Origin: Pseudoalteromonas translucida KMM 520
Lineage (GTDB): Bacteria > Pseudomonadota > Gammaproteobacteria > Enterobacterales > Alteromonadaceae
DNA: 32,000 nt
Assembly (NCBI RefSeq): GCF_001465295.1
Contig: NZ_CP011034.1
Coordinates: forward strand, 2,760,001 to 2,792,000
Direction: 5' to 3'
Shown here: positions 15,684-24,721 of the stretch, in pieces
Layout of the letters: each line of letters starts with the position of its first letter
Position numbering within the stretch: the first letter of the stretch is position 1
Position numbers and translations under genes: made by a program
Notes under the pieces: model-generated
What the model was told of the DNA's origin: nothing
Databases searched by the model: none
The model's input: only the letters and a program-made list of their open reading frames with translations

Positions 15684-16955
15684 ATGACAGATATAAGAGC
15701 TGAACTACGTGAGTATTTACTGGAGTGGTTTGGCCAATATTTACCCGCCAACCCTCTTTTATGGTACGACATTTTAGTACTTTGCTGGCTCGCCATTTTT
15801 GCCATAATTTTACATTTAATTATCAGAAACTCAGCTAAGCACTTTCTTAAAGGTCGCTTTAGCGAAAGAATTGTTCAGCCTGATGCAAAAACTCCCGCCG
15901 AGTTAGCATTTAAACTTGCAAAACATATCTCTTTTGTAATTCAAGGTGCGGTTGTCGTTATCCAAGCTAGGCTTTGGCTACCCGAAGGGAGTGGCTTATT
16001 ACATATTATTGAAATGGTTACCGACCAATGGATCATTCTCTTCTCTTTACTATCACTGTTTTCGTTACTCGATATTTTTCAGGTTATTTCTGATAGGCGC
16101 GCAGTCAGAGCCCACTTCCCGATACGAGGGTTATTACAAACCATTAAGTTAATTGCCAGTGTATTAACCGGTATTTTAGCTGTGTCGTTATTAATGAATA
16201 AATCACCATTAATTTTACTAAGTGGTTTAGGTGCGTTATCAGCCGTTATGCTGTTGGTGTTTAAGGATGCTATTTTAGGTTTAGTAGCAGGTATTCAGCT
16301 CTCTGCTAATAATATGTTAGCCGTAGGTGACTGGCTAGAAATGCCCAAGTATGGCGCTGATGGCGATGTAATTGACATTGCACTTACCACGGTAAAGGTA
16401 AGAAACTGGGATAAAACCATCACTACAATCCCTACGTATGCGCTTATTTCTGATTCATTCAAAAACTGGCGCGGGATGTCGGAATCGGGCGGTCGTAGAA
16501 TAAAACGTAGTATTCATTTAGAAATGAACAGCGTGCGTTTTTTAAATGAGCAAGAACTCAGTGAGCTTAGAAAAGCAAATTTACTCACCAAATATATAGA
16601 TACCACAATATCATCTATTAGCGCCGAAAACGCCAGTAAAGATATGAGCTGCCTACTTAATGGCCGCCGTTTAACTAACGTAGGAACCTTTAGGCATTAT
16701 TTAATAGAGCTGTTAAAACAGCACCCTAAAATCCATCAAAACATGACCCTAATGGTAAGGCAATTAGAGCCAACGAATAAAGGTTTACCTATCGAGATTT
16801 ACACCTTTACTAATACTACTGCTTGGGCCGAATACGAAGGTATTCAAGCTGATATTTTTGACCATATTTTGGCTATTTTACCGGTGTTTTACCTTAAAGC
16901 GCATGAGTCGCCAACAGGGAATGATGTGCGCTCTTTGTCGATAGGTAAGCACTAA
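15684..16955 (+). CDS. ybdG: MscS-family miniconductance mechanosensitive channel (YbdG/MscM type)
   Basis: GDWLEMPKYGADGDVIDIALTTVKVRNWDKTITTIPTYALISDSFKNWRGMSESGGRRIKRSI and the C-terminal MTLMVRQLEPTNKGLPIEIYTFTN...IQADIFDHI are nearly identical in pattern to E. coli YbdG. Confidence 0.9.
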   Translation: MTDIRAELREYLLEWFGQYLPANPLLWYDILVLCWLAIFAIILHLIIRNSAKHFLKGRFSERIVQPDAKTPAELAFKLAKHISFVIQGAVVVIQARLWLPEGSGLLHIIEMVTDQWIILFSLLSLFSLLDIFQVISDRRAVRAHFPIRGLLQTIKLIASVLTGILAVSLLMNKSPLILLSGLGALSAVMLLVFKDAILGLVAGIQLSANNMLAVGDWLEMPKYGADGDVIDIALTTVKVRNWDKTITTIPTYALISDSFKNWRGMSESGGRRIKRSIHLEMNSVRFLNEQELSELRKANLLTKYIDTTISSISAENASKDMSCLLNGRRLTNVGTFRHYLIELLKQHPKIHQNMTLMVRQLEPTNKGLPIEIYTFTNTTAWAEYEGIQADIFDHILAILPVFYLKAHESPTGNDVRSLSIGKH

Positions 16956-16989
16956 AATTACGGCTTACTTTATCGTTAGCTCCTAAATA

Positions 16990-17020
16990 GCGAGTAACAC
17001 TATAAACAAGTGTTGCTCGC
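16990..17020. terminator. hairpin between convergent ybdG-like and LysR genes
   Basis: GCGAGTAACAC-tataaacaa-GTGTTGCTCGC (11 bp with one G.T pair). Only weak T-runs on either side. Confidence 0.4.
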
Positions 17021-17037
17021 TAAAACTTATTTATACT

Positions 17038-17922
17038 TCAAATTACTTTTAATTGCTCCAGTATCCAGCGATGAATTGGGCTTTCACTGGTACGTGGGTG
17101 CCATGCGGCTATTACTTTAAAAGGCGGCGGCAATGCTTCAACGGTTAGCTCTTGTACTTTATTATTTGGTAATAATCGCGACGGATAAAACGCGATCATA
17201 TCGGTTGTATGAAGAATGTTTGGTACCGCCGAAAAGCTAGGTACCGACATAACAATATTACGTTTAAAGCCCTTTGCTGCAAACCACTGATCGTGAGAAC
17301 CACGTAAATTGGCACGCGAAGGTGATACCACTAGCTGCGGATAAGCTGCAATTTGTGCCAGTGTTAACGGCTCATTTGTTAACTTGTTGCCACAACCTGT
17401 AACGCATAAATGCTGCTCTTCAAGCAAAGTAACATAAGCTAAGTTATCTGGAATAAATTCAGGAAAACTAATCAGTAAATCAAGTTCACCCGCCGTAATT
17501 AGTTGGTTAACATTATCTGAGGCAAAGTCGCGCACGATTAGTTTTAACCCGGGTGCTTCTCGTCTCGTTATATTAAAAAGCTGCGGTAACAAGGCTTGCG
17601 TTGCGTAGTCTGTCGCGCTAATAGTAAATACACCTTTATATGTTTGCGGTATAAATACTTCGGGCTCTAACAGCATTTCAAGTTGCTTTAAAATATGGCA
17701 AATAGGTTGCTGCATAGATAACGCTTTGGGTGTTGGCACCATGCTATTTCCTTGGCGAATAAACAAACGATCGTCAAATAAGTCACGTAGTTTACGCAGC
17801 TGCTCGCTAATAGCTTGCTGGGTTAAGCCCATTTTACGTGCAACCTGCGACAAATTTTTTAAATCAAGCAAGGCATTTAGTACCCTGAGCTGTTTAATAT
17901 CGAGCCGGTTAATACCATTCAT
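17038..17922 (-). CDS. LysR-family transcriptional regulator
   Basis: N-terminal HTH LDIKQLRVLNALLDLKNLSQVARKMGLTQQAISEQLRKLRDLFDDRLF, followed by a PBP2-like substrate-binding domain. Start taken at ATG 17922 (MNGINRLD). The ORF-track start at 17988 adds 22 non-family residues. Confidence 0.9.
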   Translation of the reverse strand: MNGINRLDIKQLRVLNALLDLKNLSQVARKMGLTQQAISEQLRKLRDLFDDRLFIRQGNSMVPTPKALSMQQPICHILKQLEMLLEPEVFIPQTYKGVFTISATDYATQALLPQLFNITRREAPGLKLIVRDFASDNVNQLITAGELDLLISFPEFIPDNLAYVTLLEEQHLCVTGCGNKLTNEPLTLAQIAAYPQLVVSPSRANLRGSHDQWFAAKGFKRNIVMSVPSFSAVPNILHTTDMIAFYPSRLLPNNKVQELTVEALPPPFKVIAAWHPRTSESPIHRWILEQLKVI

Positions 17923-17989
17923 AATTGTATCTAAAACAATAAAGTGTTGTTTCAAATTGTACCCATAAAGCTCTACGCTTACCAACATT

Positions 17990-18005
17990 GCTTAAACAGC
18001 TAAGC
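17990..18005. promoter_or_regulatory. candidate LysR-type box in divergent promoter
   Basis: GCTTA-AACAGC-TAAGC inverted repeat (T-N11-A compatible), between the LysR ATG (17922) and the reductase ATG (18074). Confidence 0.3.
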
Positions 18006-18073
18006 ATCAACATACTTTGCCTTGTTAATTACGAGGTAATAAGCCACTAAGTTTGCTTTAAGAGAGAGTTTTA

Positions 18074-19216
18074 ATGAATCAATCTATTTCTGATACCAGC
18101 TCGTTATTTTCATCTGTAGAACTTGGCCCTTATACACTTAAAAACCGTATAGTAATGCCACCACTTACACGCTCTCGTAGCACCCAGCCAGGTAATATTC
18201 CAAACGACTTAATGGCAACCTATTATGCGCAGCGTGCCAGCGCTGGTTTTATGGTTACCGAAGGTACGCAAATAGAGCCTAGAGGCCAAGGCTATGCATG
18301 GACTCCGGGTATATATTCTGCAGCGCAAATTGAAGGTTGGAAAAAAGTAACTCAAGCAGTGCATGCTAAAGGCGGCACTATATTTGCTCAACTGTGGCAT
18401 GTTGGCCGCGTATCGCACACCAATTTGCAACCTAATGAAGCCAGCCCAATAGCTCCTTCGGCAATTACAGCCAACAACGTTAAAGTATTTATTGAAACTG
18501 GCCCAGGCCAAGGTGCCTTAAGTGAACCAAGTGCACCGCGCGCTTTAAGTACTGATGAAGTGAGCGAGTTAGTTAATATGTATGCGCAAGCTGCAAAAAA
18601 TGCATTAGAAGCCGGCTTTGACGGCGTTGAACTACATTGTGCTAACGGTTATTTAGTTAATCAGTTTATTTCAGAGCACACTAATATGCGTGACGATCAA
18701 TACGGCGGATCACTTACTAATCGTCTGCGTTTTTTAAAAGAAATTGTTGCTGCTGTGAGCGCGGTTGTAGGCGCTGATCGTTTAGGCGTTCGCTTTGCAC
18801 CACTATTTAGCAGCACAGATGAAACCCGCGTTTATTTGGGTTTGGTCGAATCTGATCCACAAAACACCTACATAGAAGCGATTAAGCTACTTGAGCAAGC
18901 AGGTATTGCTTACTTATCGATTGCTGAAGCCGATTGGGATAATGCCCCCGATTTACCAGAGCAGTTTTATAAAGCAGCTAGAGCGCAGTTCTCTGGTCGA
19001 ATTATATATGCGGGAAAATACACGGTAGATAAAGCACTGCGTATTTTAAATAATGGCTACGGTGACTTGTTTGCTTTTGGTCGGCCTTTTATTGCGAACC
19101 CCGATTTACCTGAGCGTATTAAACAACAATGGCCTTTAAATGAAGCTGATGCAGCCACTATGTATGGCGGCACAGAGGTTGGGTATAGTGATTATCCATA
19201 CTATAAAAACATTTAA
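18074..19216 (+). CDS. nemA: Old Yellow Enzyme family NADH:flavin oxidoreductase / alkene (N-ethylmaleimide) reductase
   Basis: NRIVMPPLTRSRS, YYAQRASAGFMVTEGTQI, AQLWHVGRVSH, GFDGVELHCANGYLVNQFIS, RDDQYGGSL.NR.RF and FGRPFIANPDLPERI are collinear with E. coli NemA. Confidence 0.88.
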   Translation: MNQSISDTSSLFSSVELGPYTLKNRIVMPPLTRSRSTQPGNIPNDLMATYYAQRASAGFMVTEGTQIEPRGQGYAWTPGIYSAAQIEGWKKVTQAVHAKGGTIFAQLWHVGRVSHTNLQPNEASPIAPSAITANNVKVFIETGPGQGALSEPSAPRALSTDEVSELVNMYAQAAKNALEAGFDGVELHCANGYLVNQFISEHTNMRDDQYGGSLTNRLRFLKEIVAAVSAVVGADRLGVRFAPLFSSTDETRVYLGLVESDPQNTYIEAIKLLEQAGIAYLSIAEADWDNAPDLPEQFYKAARAQFSGRIIYAGKYTVDKALRILNNGYGDLFAFGRPFIANPDLPERIKQQWPLNEADAATMYGGTEVGYSDYPYYKNI

Positions 19217-19326
19217 TTTAAGCAGGCCACGGAAGGCCTAATACTCTATATAAAAACCGACATCCTTAATGCAATATCAATAGTTTTAAGCTAAATTAAT
19301 AACTACTAATACCGTTTGAGTATGTT

Positions 19327-20202
19327 ATGTTTTTGTGTTCATTTAACAAACAAACCGCAGGCCACTGTGTTATATTTTTGCTGCTAATAAGTATGAGTAG
19401 CTGCGGTAAAAATAACAATACACCAGCAACTTCCCTCAACCAAGCAGAGCCTGCAATTGCCCCTATTACTACTGGTAACTGGTATAAACCCGCATTAGGG
19501 AGCAGCTGGCAGTGGCAGCTAACTGGCACAATAAATACTAACTATAATGTTAGTATTTATGACATAGACCTATTCGACTCTTCAGAACAGTTAATACAAA
19601 CATTACAAGCCCAAGGCAAGCGGGTTATTTGCTATTTTTCAGCGGGTTCTTATGAATCGTGGCGAAGCGATAAAAGCCAATTTTTAATCAACGAATTAGG
19701 TAACTCTTTAGCTAATTGGCAAGGAGAGCGTTGGTTAGATATTCGATCTCCTAATGTGCAAGCAATAATGGCTAGTCGGCTAGATTTAGCAGTACAAAAA
19801 GGATGTGATGGCGTAGAGCCCGATAACGTTGACGGTTATATGAATAATTCCGGCTTTAATTTAACTGCAAACGATCAGCTTGTGTTTACTCGCTTTATAG
19901 CAAATCAGGCGCATACTCGTGGCTTGGCAGTTGGCTTAAAAAACAACCTTCATCAGGTAAATGAGCTGCATAATTATTTTGATTTTGCAGTAAACGAGCA
20001 ATGCTATGAGTATCAAGAGTGCGAATTACTCACCCCTTTTATAAATAGCAATAAAGCTATTTTTCATGTTGAATATAATAGTAAGTATAGTCATGGCAGC
20101 ACTGAACTAAACAATATGTGTGATGATGCTATTAATAGGCAATTTAGTACACTGGTTTTGCCAATAAACCTAGATGACGAATTTAGGATTAGCTGTTTGT
20201 AA
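19327..20202 (+). CDS. GH114-like endo-alpha-1,4-polygalactosaminidase family lipoprotein
   Basis: Lipobox-like ISMSSC. WQWQL, YDIDLFD, VICYFSAGSYESWRSD, GERWLDIR, GCDGVEPDNVDGY.NNSGF.LT and GLAVGLKNN follow the Glyco_hydro_114 pattern as I remember it. Confidence 0.75.
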   Translation: MFLCSFNKQTAGHCVIFLLLISMSSCGKNNNTPATSLNQAEPAIAPITTGNWYKPALGSSWQWQLTGTINTNYNVSIYDIDLFDSSEQLIQTLQAQGKRVICYFSAGSYESWRSDKSQFLINELGNSLANWQGERWLDIRSPNVQAIMASRLDLAVQKGCDGVEPDNVDGYMNNSGFNLTANDQLVFTRFIANQAHTRGLAVGLKNNLHQVNELHNYFDFAVNEQCYEYQECELLTPFINSNKAIFHVEYNSKYSHGSTELNNMCDDAINRQFSTLVLPINLDDEFRISCL

Positions 20203-20234
20203 AAGCCTTGTTTACTTACCTTTATTTTATAAAG

Positions 20235-20708
20235 CTAAGCATCTTGATCTTTACTCATAAGATCTACCATTCTTTTTCTGAGCTCTTGCTCATTAATATC
20301 TTCTTTATGAGTACCAATGGTCCATACGTGGCCAAAAGGATCTTGCAGCGTACCTGCTCTATCACCATAAAACTGATCATGAACGGGGCGTATTTCTTTC
20401 GCTCCTAACGCAATAGTTTTTGCAAATATCTTATCTACATCATCAACATATAACATTATGCTTACGGGTGTACCGCCTAGCTCTGCAGGGCTTTTAAAGT
20501 GAGCATCTGGGCACATATCTGAGATCATAATATGTGAATTACCAATTTTAATTTCTGCATGAGCAATGCCGCCTTCAGGCATAGGCATTTGCATAACTAG
20601 CTGCGCATCAAAAGCCGCACAATAAAAATCAATTGCTTGTTGTGCACCGTTTATAATTAAATAAGGGGTTATTGAATGATACCCTTTTGGAATAGCTGAT
20701 ACCGCCAT
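20235..20708 (-). CDS. VOC (glyoxalase/bleomycin-resistance/PhnB-like) family protein
   Basis: ITPYLIINGAQQAIDFYCAAFDA...GGIAHAEIKIGNSHIMISD...DQFYGDRAGTLQDPFGHVWTI is a typical PhnB/YjdN-like VOC signature. Confidence 0.85.
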   Translation of the reverse strand: MAVSAIPKGYHSITPYLIINGAQQAIDFYCAAFDAQLVMQMPMPEGGIAHAEIKIGNSHIMISDMCPDAHFKSPAELGGTPVSIMLYVDDVDKIFAKTIALGAKEIRPVHDQFYGDRAGTLQDPFGHVWTIGTHKEDINEQELRKRMVDLMSKDQDA

Positions 20709-20766
20709 AGTGTGCTCCTCGTTATATGTTCTCCTTAAAGGTTAGTCTAAATTGGCAGGTAATATA

Positions 20767-20786
20767 AAATAAACACGTGTTTATTT
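20767..20786. promoter_or_regulatory. perfect 20-bp palindrome AAATAAACACGTGTTTATTT in divergent promoter region
   Basis: Checked base by base: 10+10 bp perfect dyad centred on CACGTG. It lies 59 nt from the VOC ATG and 107 nt from the lipoprotein ATG. The sequence is certain. The operator function is inferred. Confidence 0.5.
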
Positions 20787-20892
20787 ATAAATATTAGTGG
20801 CACTTATTTGCAAAATCATTAGTAAATTTTGCTAGTATCTACCCCTTAATAATATTTACTGATACGCTGCATATTTAAACAAAAGGATTAAC

Positions 20893-21279
20893 ATGAAAAA
20901 GCAAGCAACACTTTTTATAGCCACGGCGTTATTCGCACTAGCGGGTTGTTCAACCTCAGTACCAATTAAAAACTTTGAACAAAACCTTATTCCACAAACA
21001 TCTAAAATAATAAATAACACGGCAGATGTTGAAACAGGTATTTTAAAAGCCTGCATTCAACTAGGTTGGCAGTGCGCTCCTGTTAGTGAAGGTAAAATAA
21101 AGGGAATTCTTAATATTCGTACTCATCAATTAATCGTTAATATTAATTATGACAAAACAGCCTACTCTATTAATTACCAAGATTCGACTAACCTTAATTA
21201 CAACGGTAGTAAAATACATCGTCAGTATATTAATTGGGTAACTAATTTAATGCGCCATATTGATGCAGAAATGATTTAA
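20893..21279 (+). CDS. hypothetical lipoprotein
   Basis: Lipoprotein signal MKKQATLFIATALFALAGC with AAGGA RBS. 128 aa. Very AT-rich. No family recognised. Confidence 0.7.
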   Translation: MKKQATLFIATALFALAGCSTSVPIKNFEQNLIPQTSKIINNTADVETGILKACIQLGWQCAPVSEGKIKGILNIRTHQLIVNINYDKTAYSINYQDSTNLNYNGSKIHRQYINWVTNLMRHIDAEMI

Positions 21280-21319
21280 ACATTTATATTTGTTCCACTA
21301 ATACAAAAAAGGAATTGTT

Positions 21320-21682
21320 ATGAGTCACTTAATTATACCAAGTCACTGGAAAATAAAACGCTCCACTCACTTTTTTACTAAAGACAACATTCCAAAAGCG
21401 TTACTTACTCACCACAACACAGCCGAAGGTGTGTTTGGCCAAATTTGCGTTATGCAAGGCACGGTTACCTTTTACGGATTTGCAAATGAAGCCGCCACAG
21501 AGCCTGAGCAAACCATTGTAATTAACGCGGGGCAATTTGCTACCAGCCCACCACAATATTGGCATAAAGTAGAGCTAAGCGACGACGCACAATTTAATAT
21601 CAACTTTTGGGCCGAAGCCGATACAGGCAATAAAGCCCTGTTTAAAAGTTCACGTATTCATAGCAAACCTATTTTAGATTAA
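21320..21682 (+). CDS. DUF1971 / YeaR-like (TehB C-terminal-like) protein
   Basis: VMQGTVTFYGF.....EPEQTIVINAGQFATSPPQYWHKVELSDDAQFNINFW parallels E. coli YeaR (VMHGAVKYLGY...EPDQVILIEAGQFAVFPPEKWHNIEAMTDDTYFNIDFF). Confidence 0.8.
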   Translation: MSHLIIPSHWKIKRSTHFFTKDNIPKALLTHHNTAEGVFGQICVMQGTVTFYGFANEAATEPEQTIVINAGQFATSPPQYWHKVELSDDAQFNINFWAEADTGNKALFKSSRIHSKPILD

Positions 21683-21710
21683 TACCAATAACTAATTTAC
21701 GTACAAACAA

Positions 21711-21740
21711 AAAAGCACCTAACATTTAGTTAAGTGCTTT
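21711..21740 (-). terminator. intrinsic terminator after GT4 gene (also closes the convergent YeaR-like gene)
   Basis: AAGCACCTAAC-ATTTA-GTTAAGTGCTT (11 bp, one mismatch). The minus strand continues TTTTTTGTTTG. There is only TTT on the plus side. Confidence 0.65.
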
Positions 21741-21779
21741 AATAAATAACGGTGCAATTAATGCCGAATGCACTGCATA

Positions 21780-22904
21780 CTAGCCTTGTTTATGCTTGAT
21801 CATACCAATCCAATCTTGCGCCCAGTTTTCTTTAGAGCACACTTGCGCTATTGATGTTAACCCGTTATATGCCAACATTTTACTTTGCTGATAGTCATTT
21901 AAGCTAGTTGTTAGCGCTTGGGTAAACTCTGCAGTATTAGGCATCACTAATCGACCATTAAAACCATTAATTATAAGATTAGATAAGCCTCCAACATTAC
22001 TACTTATAACCATACAACCTGCGGCCATTGCCTCTATCATAGATAACGAAGTACCTTCTGAGCCTAGTGTTGGAATAATGGCAATGTGTTGGCTTTTATG
22101 TACGCTAAAGCTTTCATTTGGTCCGTACTGCATTAATTTCACTTTTGCTTCATTAGCAAATAGCTCTGTTAAATATGGTTTTAATGGCCCATCTCCGGCA
22201 AAGCTTACTTGTATATTATATTGCGGTAAAAGCTGCTTAATAATAGGTGCTATTAATTTAATACCACGGTAATCAACAAAACGACGAGCAATAATAATAT
22301 TTAGTGTTGCATTATCATCTGACCATTTTTTGGCAAATTCACTTTCGCTAATTTTTTCACTATAAAAGTTATAAATAACCTTCATATGTTGCTGCTCAAT
22401 ATTAAACCAAGTGCGATACCAGTTAACAAAGTTATGATCTACACACACTAAACTGCAGTCTGATTTTATATAGGATAAGTACTTATACTGACTTAAGAGC
22501 GAGGAGCAATATTGTGAGATGGCTGATTTTGCTGCGCGAGGTTTATCCCAAGATATACCATGCTGAATCGCTAGCGTTTTATAATCAGGCATTTTCACTG
22601 AATAAGAGTCGGTAGCAAAAATAATAATATCGTTATTTTTGTCAGCATTTTTACTGACCCAGTTTGCAAGGGCTATTTTTTTTAAGTTACCCCGATATAA
22701 ACCGGTAGTTACGCTATGAACAGTGTACTGGGGAGTTGTTAAGGTAAACGCTTTTTTAGCCGGTTGTACTATATGACATGGCCAACCTTGGCGAGTAAAA
22801 ACATCGCACAAACTTAAGATATAGTTTTCAATGCCACCAATGGTATGCATAGTGCCGCTCTGATCAAACATAGCACGGTAAATAATATAAATATTAGGCA
22901 TCAT
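21780..22904 (-). CDS. glycosyltransferase family 4 (Glycos_transf_1 type), orphan
   Basis: C-terminal GSEGTSLSMIEAMAAGCMVISSNVGGLSNLIINGFNGRLV is the EX7E-type GT4 signature. Start at ATG 22904 (MMPNIYIIY) behind AGGATAT. The ORF-track start at 22916 is a TTG extension. Confidence 0.85.
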   Translation of the reverse strand: MMPNIYIIYRAMFDQSGTMHTIGGIENYILSLCDVFTRQGWPCHIVQPAKKAFTLTTPQYTVHSVTTGLYRGNLKKIALANWVSKNADKNNDIIIFATDSYSVKMPDYKTLAIQHGISWDKPRAAKSAISQYCSSLLSQYKYLSYIKSDCSLVCVDHNFVNWYRTWFNIEQQHMKVIYNFYSEKISESEFAKKWSDDNATLNIIIARRFVDYRGIKLIAPIIKQLLPQYNIQVSFAGDGPLKPYLTELFANEAKVKLMQYGPNESFSVHKSQHIAIIPTLGSEGTSLSMIEAMAAGCMVISSNVGGLSNLIINGFNGRLVMPNTAEFTQALTTSLNDYQQSKMLAYNGLTSIAQVCSKENWAQDWIGMIKHKQG

Positions 22905-23133
22905 ATATCCTGACAAACTCGTTTAGTTTACTGCAATTACAGCGATTACTCTTTTGATAATATAACATTTCGCCATACATCTTTGAAGATATTTACAAGC
23001 GCTTGCAACCCCTTATAACCAAATATTAGCAATACATAACAATTTCTTCTAAGTCATAGCAAAAGTGTATTTTCTTAAATAGGTTTAAAGCGTTAAAGTG
23101 CGCCGCTAAATCACAGCTAATGAAGAGGATATT

Positions 23134-24483
23134 ATGTCGCTTGCTGTACTATTAATGCTGGCATTGTTTGTTGGTCTGTTATTCGCGATTTATCTTTTTT
23201 CGCAAAAAAGTAAAACGTTATCACGCACCGTTTTATTTGGCCTAGTACTGGGCAGTGCTTTTGGTTTGGTTTTACAATTTTTATTTGCTGAACAACCCCA
23301 AGTTATTAACCATGTTTTAAGTTGGGTTGCCGTTGTTGGTAAAGGCTATGTTGGGCTATTAAAAATGGTCATTATGCCTTTGGTATTAGTGTTTATGATT
23401 GCCGCGGTAGTCAAACTTGAAAACCAAGGCTCTTTAGGTAAGATTTCTTTTGTAAGTATTTCTATTTTACTGATTACCACAGCTCTTGCTGCATTGGTTG
23501 GTATTGCCGTTACTTATGGCTTTAACTTAAGCGTAGAAGGATTAGTGGCCGGCACTCGTGAAGCGGCACAAATGACTACTTTAGAGAGTAAAGCGGCTAA
23601 TGTTGCTAACTTAAATGTGCCACAAATGTTGCTTAGCTTTATTCCAGAAAACCCATTTGCCGATTTAGGTAATACACGTTCAACCTCTATTATTGCCGTC
23701 GTTATTTTTGGCGTGTTAATAGGCATTGCAGCACGTAAAGTAATGCTAGAGCGCAGCGAACTTACAGCGCCTATTCGTACCGGTGTAAACGCTTTACAAG
23801 CCACTGTAATGAGCTTAGTTAAAATGGTTATAGCTTTAACACCTTACGGTGTTGCAGGGTTAATGGCGAATGTAGTCGCAAACTCTAGTGGTAACGACAT
23901 TCTTAATTTATTGGCGTTTATTATCGCCTCTTATGTCGCTATTTTATTAATGTTTGTTGTGCACGGCATACTGTTAAGCTTGGTTGGGGTTAGTCCAAAG
24001 CATTATTTTACTAAGATTTGGCCAGTGATGACCTTTGCTTTTAGTTCGCGCAGTTCTGCGGCGTCAATTCCAATGAACATAGATACCCAAGTAAACCAAC
24101 TTAAAGTTCCCCCTGCTATTGCTAATTTATCAGCCTCTTTTGGTGCTACGATTGGTCAAAACGGCTGTGCAGGAATTTACCCTGCAATGCTAGCAATGAT
24201 GGTTGCACCTAGTGTGGGAATTGACCCGATGACTTTTGAGTTTATTCTACCCTTAATAGGTATTGTAGTGATTAGCTCTTTTGGTATTGCCGGTGTAGGC
24301 GGCGGCGCAACTTTTGCAGCGCTAGTGGTATTACCAACAATGGGATTGCCCATAGAAATTGTTGCGCTACTTATATCAATAGAACCATTAATTGATATGG
24401 CGCGTACTGCGCTCAATGTGTCGGGCTCTATTACTTCAGGTGTGATCACTAGTAAAATAATGAAAACGCCACAGCAAGACTAA
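23134..24483 (+). CDS. tcyP: DAACS-family L-cystine/dicarboxylate:cation symporter, TcyP (YdjN)-like
   Basis: Collinear with E. coli TcyP: SFIPENPFADL, TFAFSSRSSAASIP, ASFGATIGQNGCAGIYPAMLA, GVGGGATFAALVVLP and RTALNVSGS. RBS GAAGAGGA. Confidence 0.88.
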   Translation: MSLAVLLMLALFVGLLFAIYLFSQKSKTLSRTVLFGLVLGSAFGLVLQFLFAEQPQVINHVLSWVAVVGKGYVGLLKMVIMPLVLVFMIAAVVKLENQGSLGKISFVSISILLITTALAALVGIAVTYGFNLSVEGLVAGTREAAQMTTLESKAANVANLNVPQMLLSFIPENPFADLGNTRSTSIIAVVIFGVLIGIAARKVMLERSELTAPIRTGVNALQATVMSLVKMVIALTPYGVAGLMANVVANSSGNDILNLLAFIIASYVAILLMFVVHGILLSLVGVSPKHYFTKIWPVMTFAFSSRSSAASIPMNIDTQVNQLKVPPAIANLSASFGATIGQNGCAGIYPAMLAMMVAPSVGIDPMTFEFILPLIGIVVISSFGIAGVGGGATFAALVVLPTMGLPIEIVALLISIEPLIDMARTALNVSGSITSGVITSKIMKTPQQD

Positions 24484-24492
24484 TTAATAATT

Positions 24493-24517
24493 AAGCCCAG
24501 CTTTGCTGGGCTTTTTA
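24493..24517 (+). terminator. intrinsic terminator after tcyP-like gene
   Basis: AAGCCCAGC-TTT-GCTGGGCTT followed by TTTTA. Confidence 0.75.
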
Positions 24518-24721
24518 TACTGCGCTACTATTATATACCCCGCAAAACAGCCCTTAATCAACCACTTCCCAGCTCATTTAGCACGCTCAAAACCCTATCC
24601 GCAAGCATTATAGCTATGTAAACATATGTAAAGCTTTGTGTAATTACAGCCGCTATCAGTTGCTATTCAGTTTCAGGCTCTAATATCGGTTATGTATAAA
24701 AAACATAAGCGAGGCATTACT

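Noticed and set aside
17923-17988. N-terminal extensions offered by the ORF track: LysR to 17988, fadL to 2608, anti-sigma to 11177, GT4 to 22916, gss to 25439, secreted protein to 24692
   Set aside because: The extensions start at non-ATG codons or add residues absent from the families. Internal ATGs align with known N-termini and, where an SD is visible (fadL, GT4, secreted protein), have the better one; gss has no clear SD at either start.
20208-20408. 66-aa plus-strand ORF downstream of the GH114-like gene
   Set aside because: It is almost entirely antisense to the strongly supported VOC gene (20235-20708). Its low-complexity hydrophobic sequence has no RBS.
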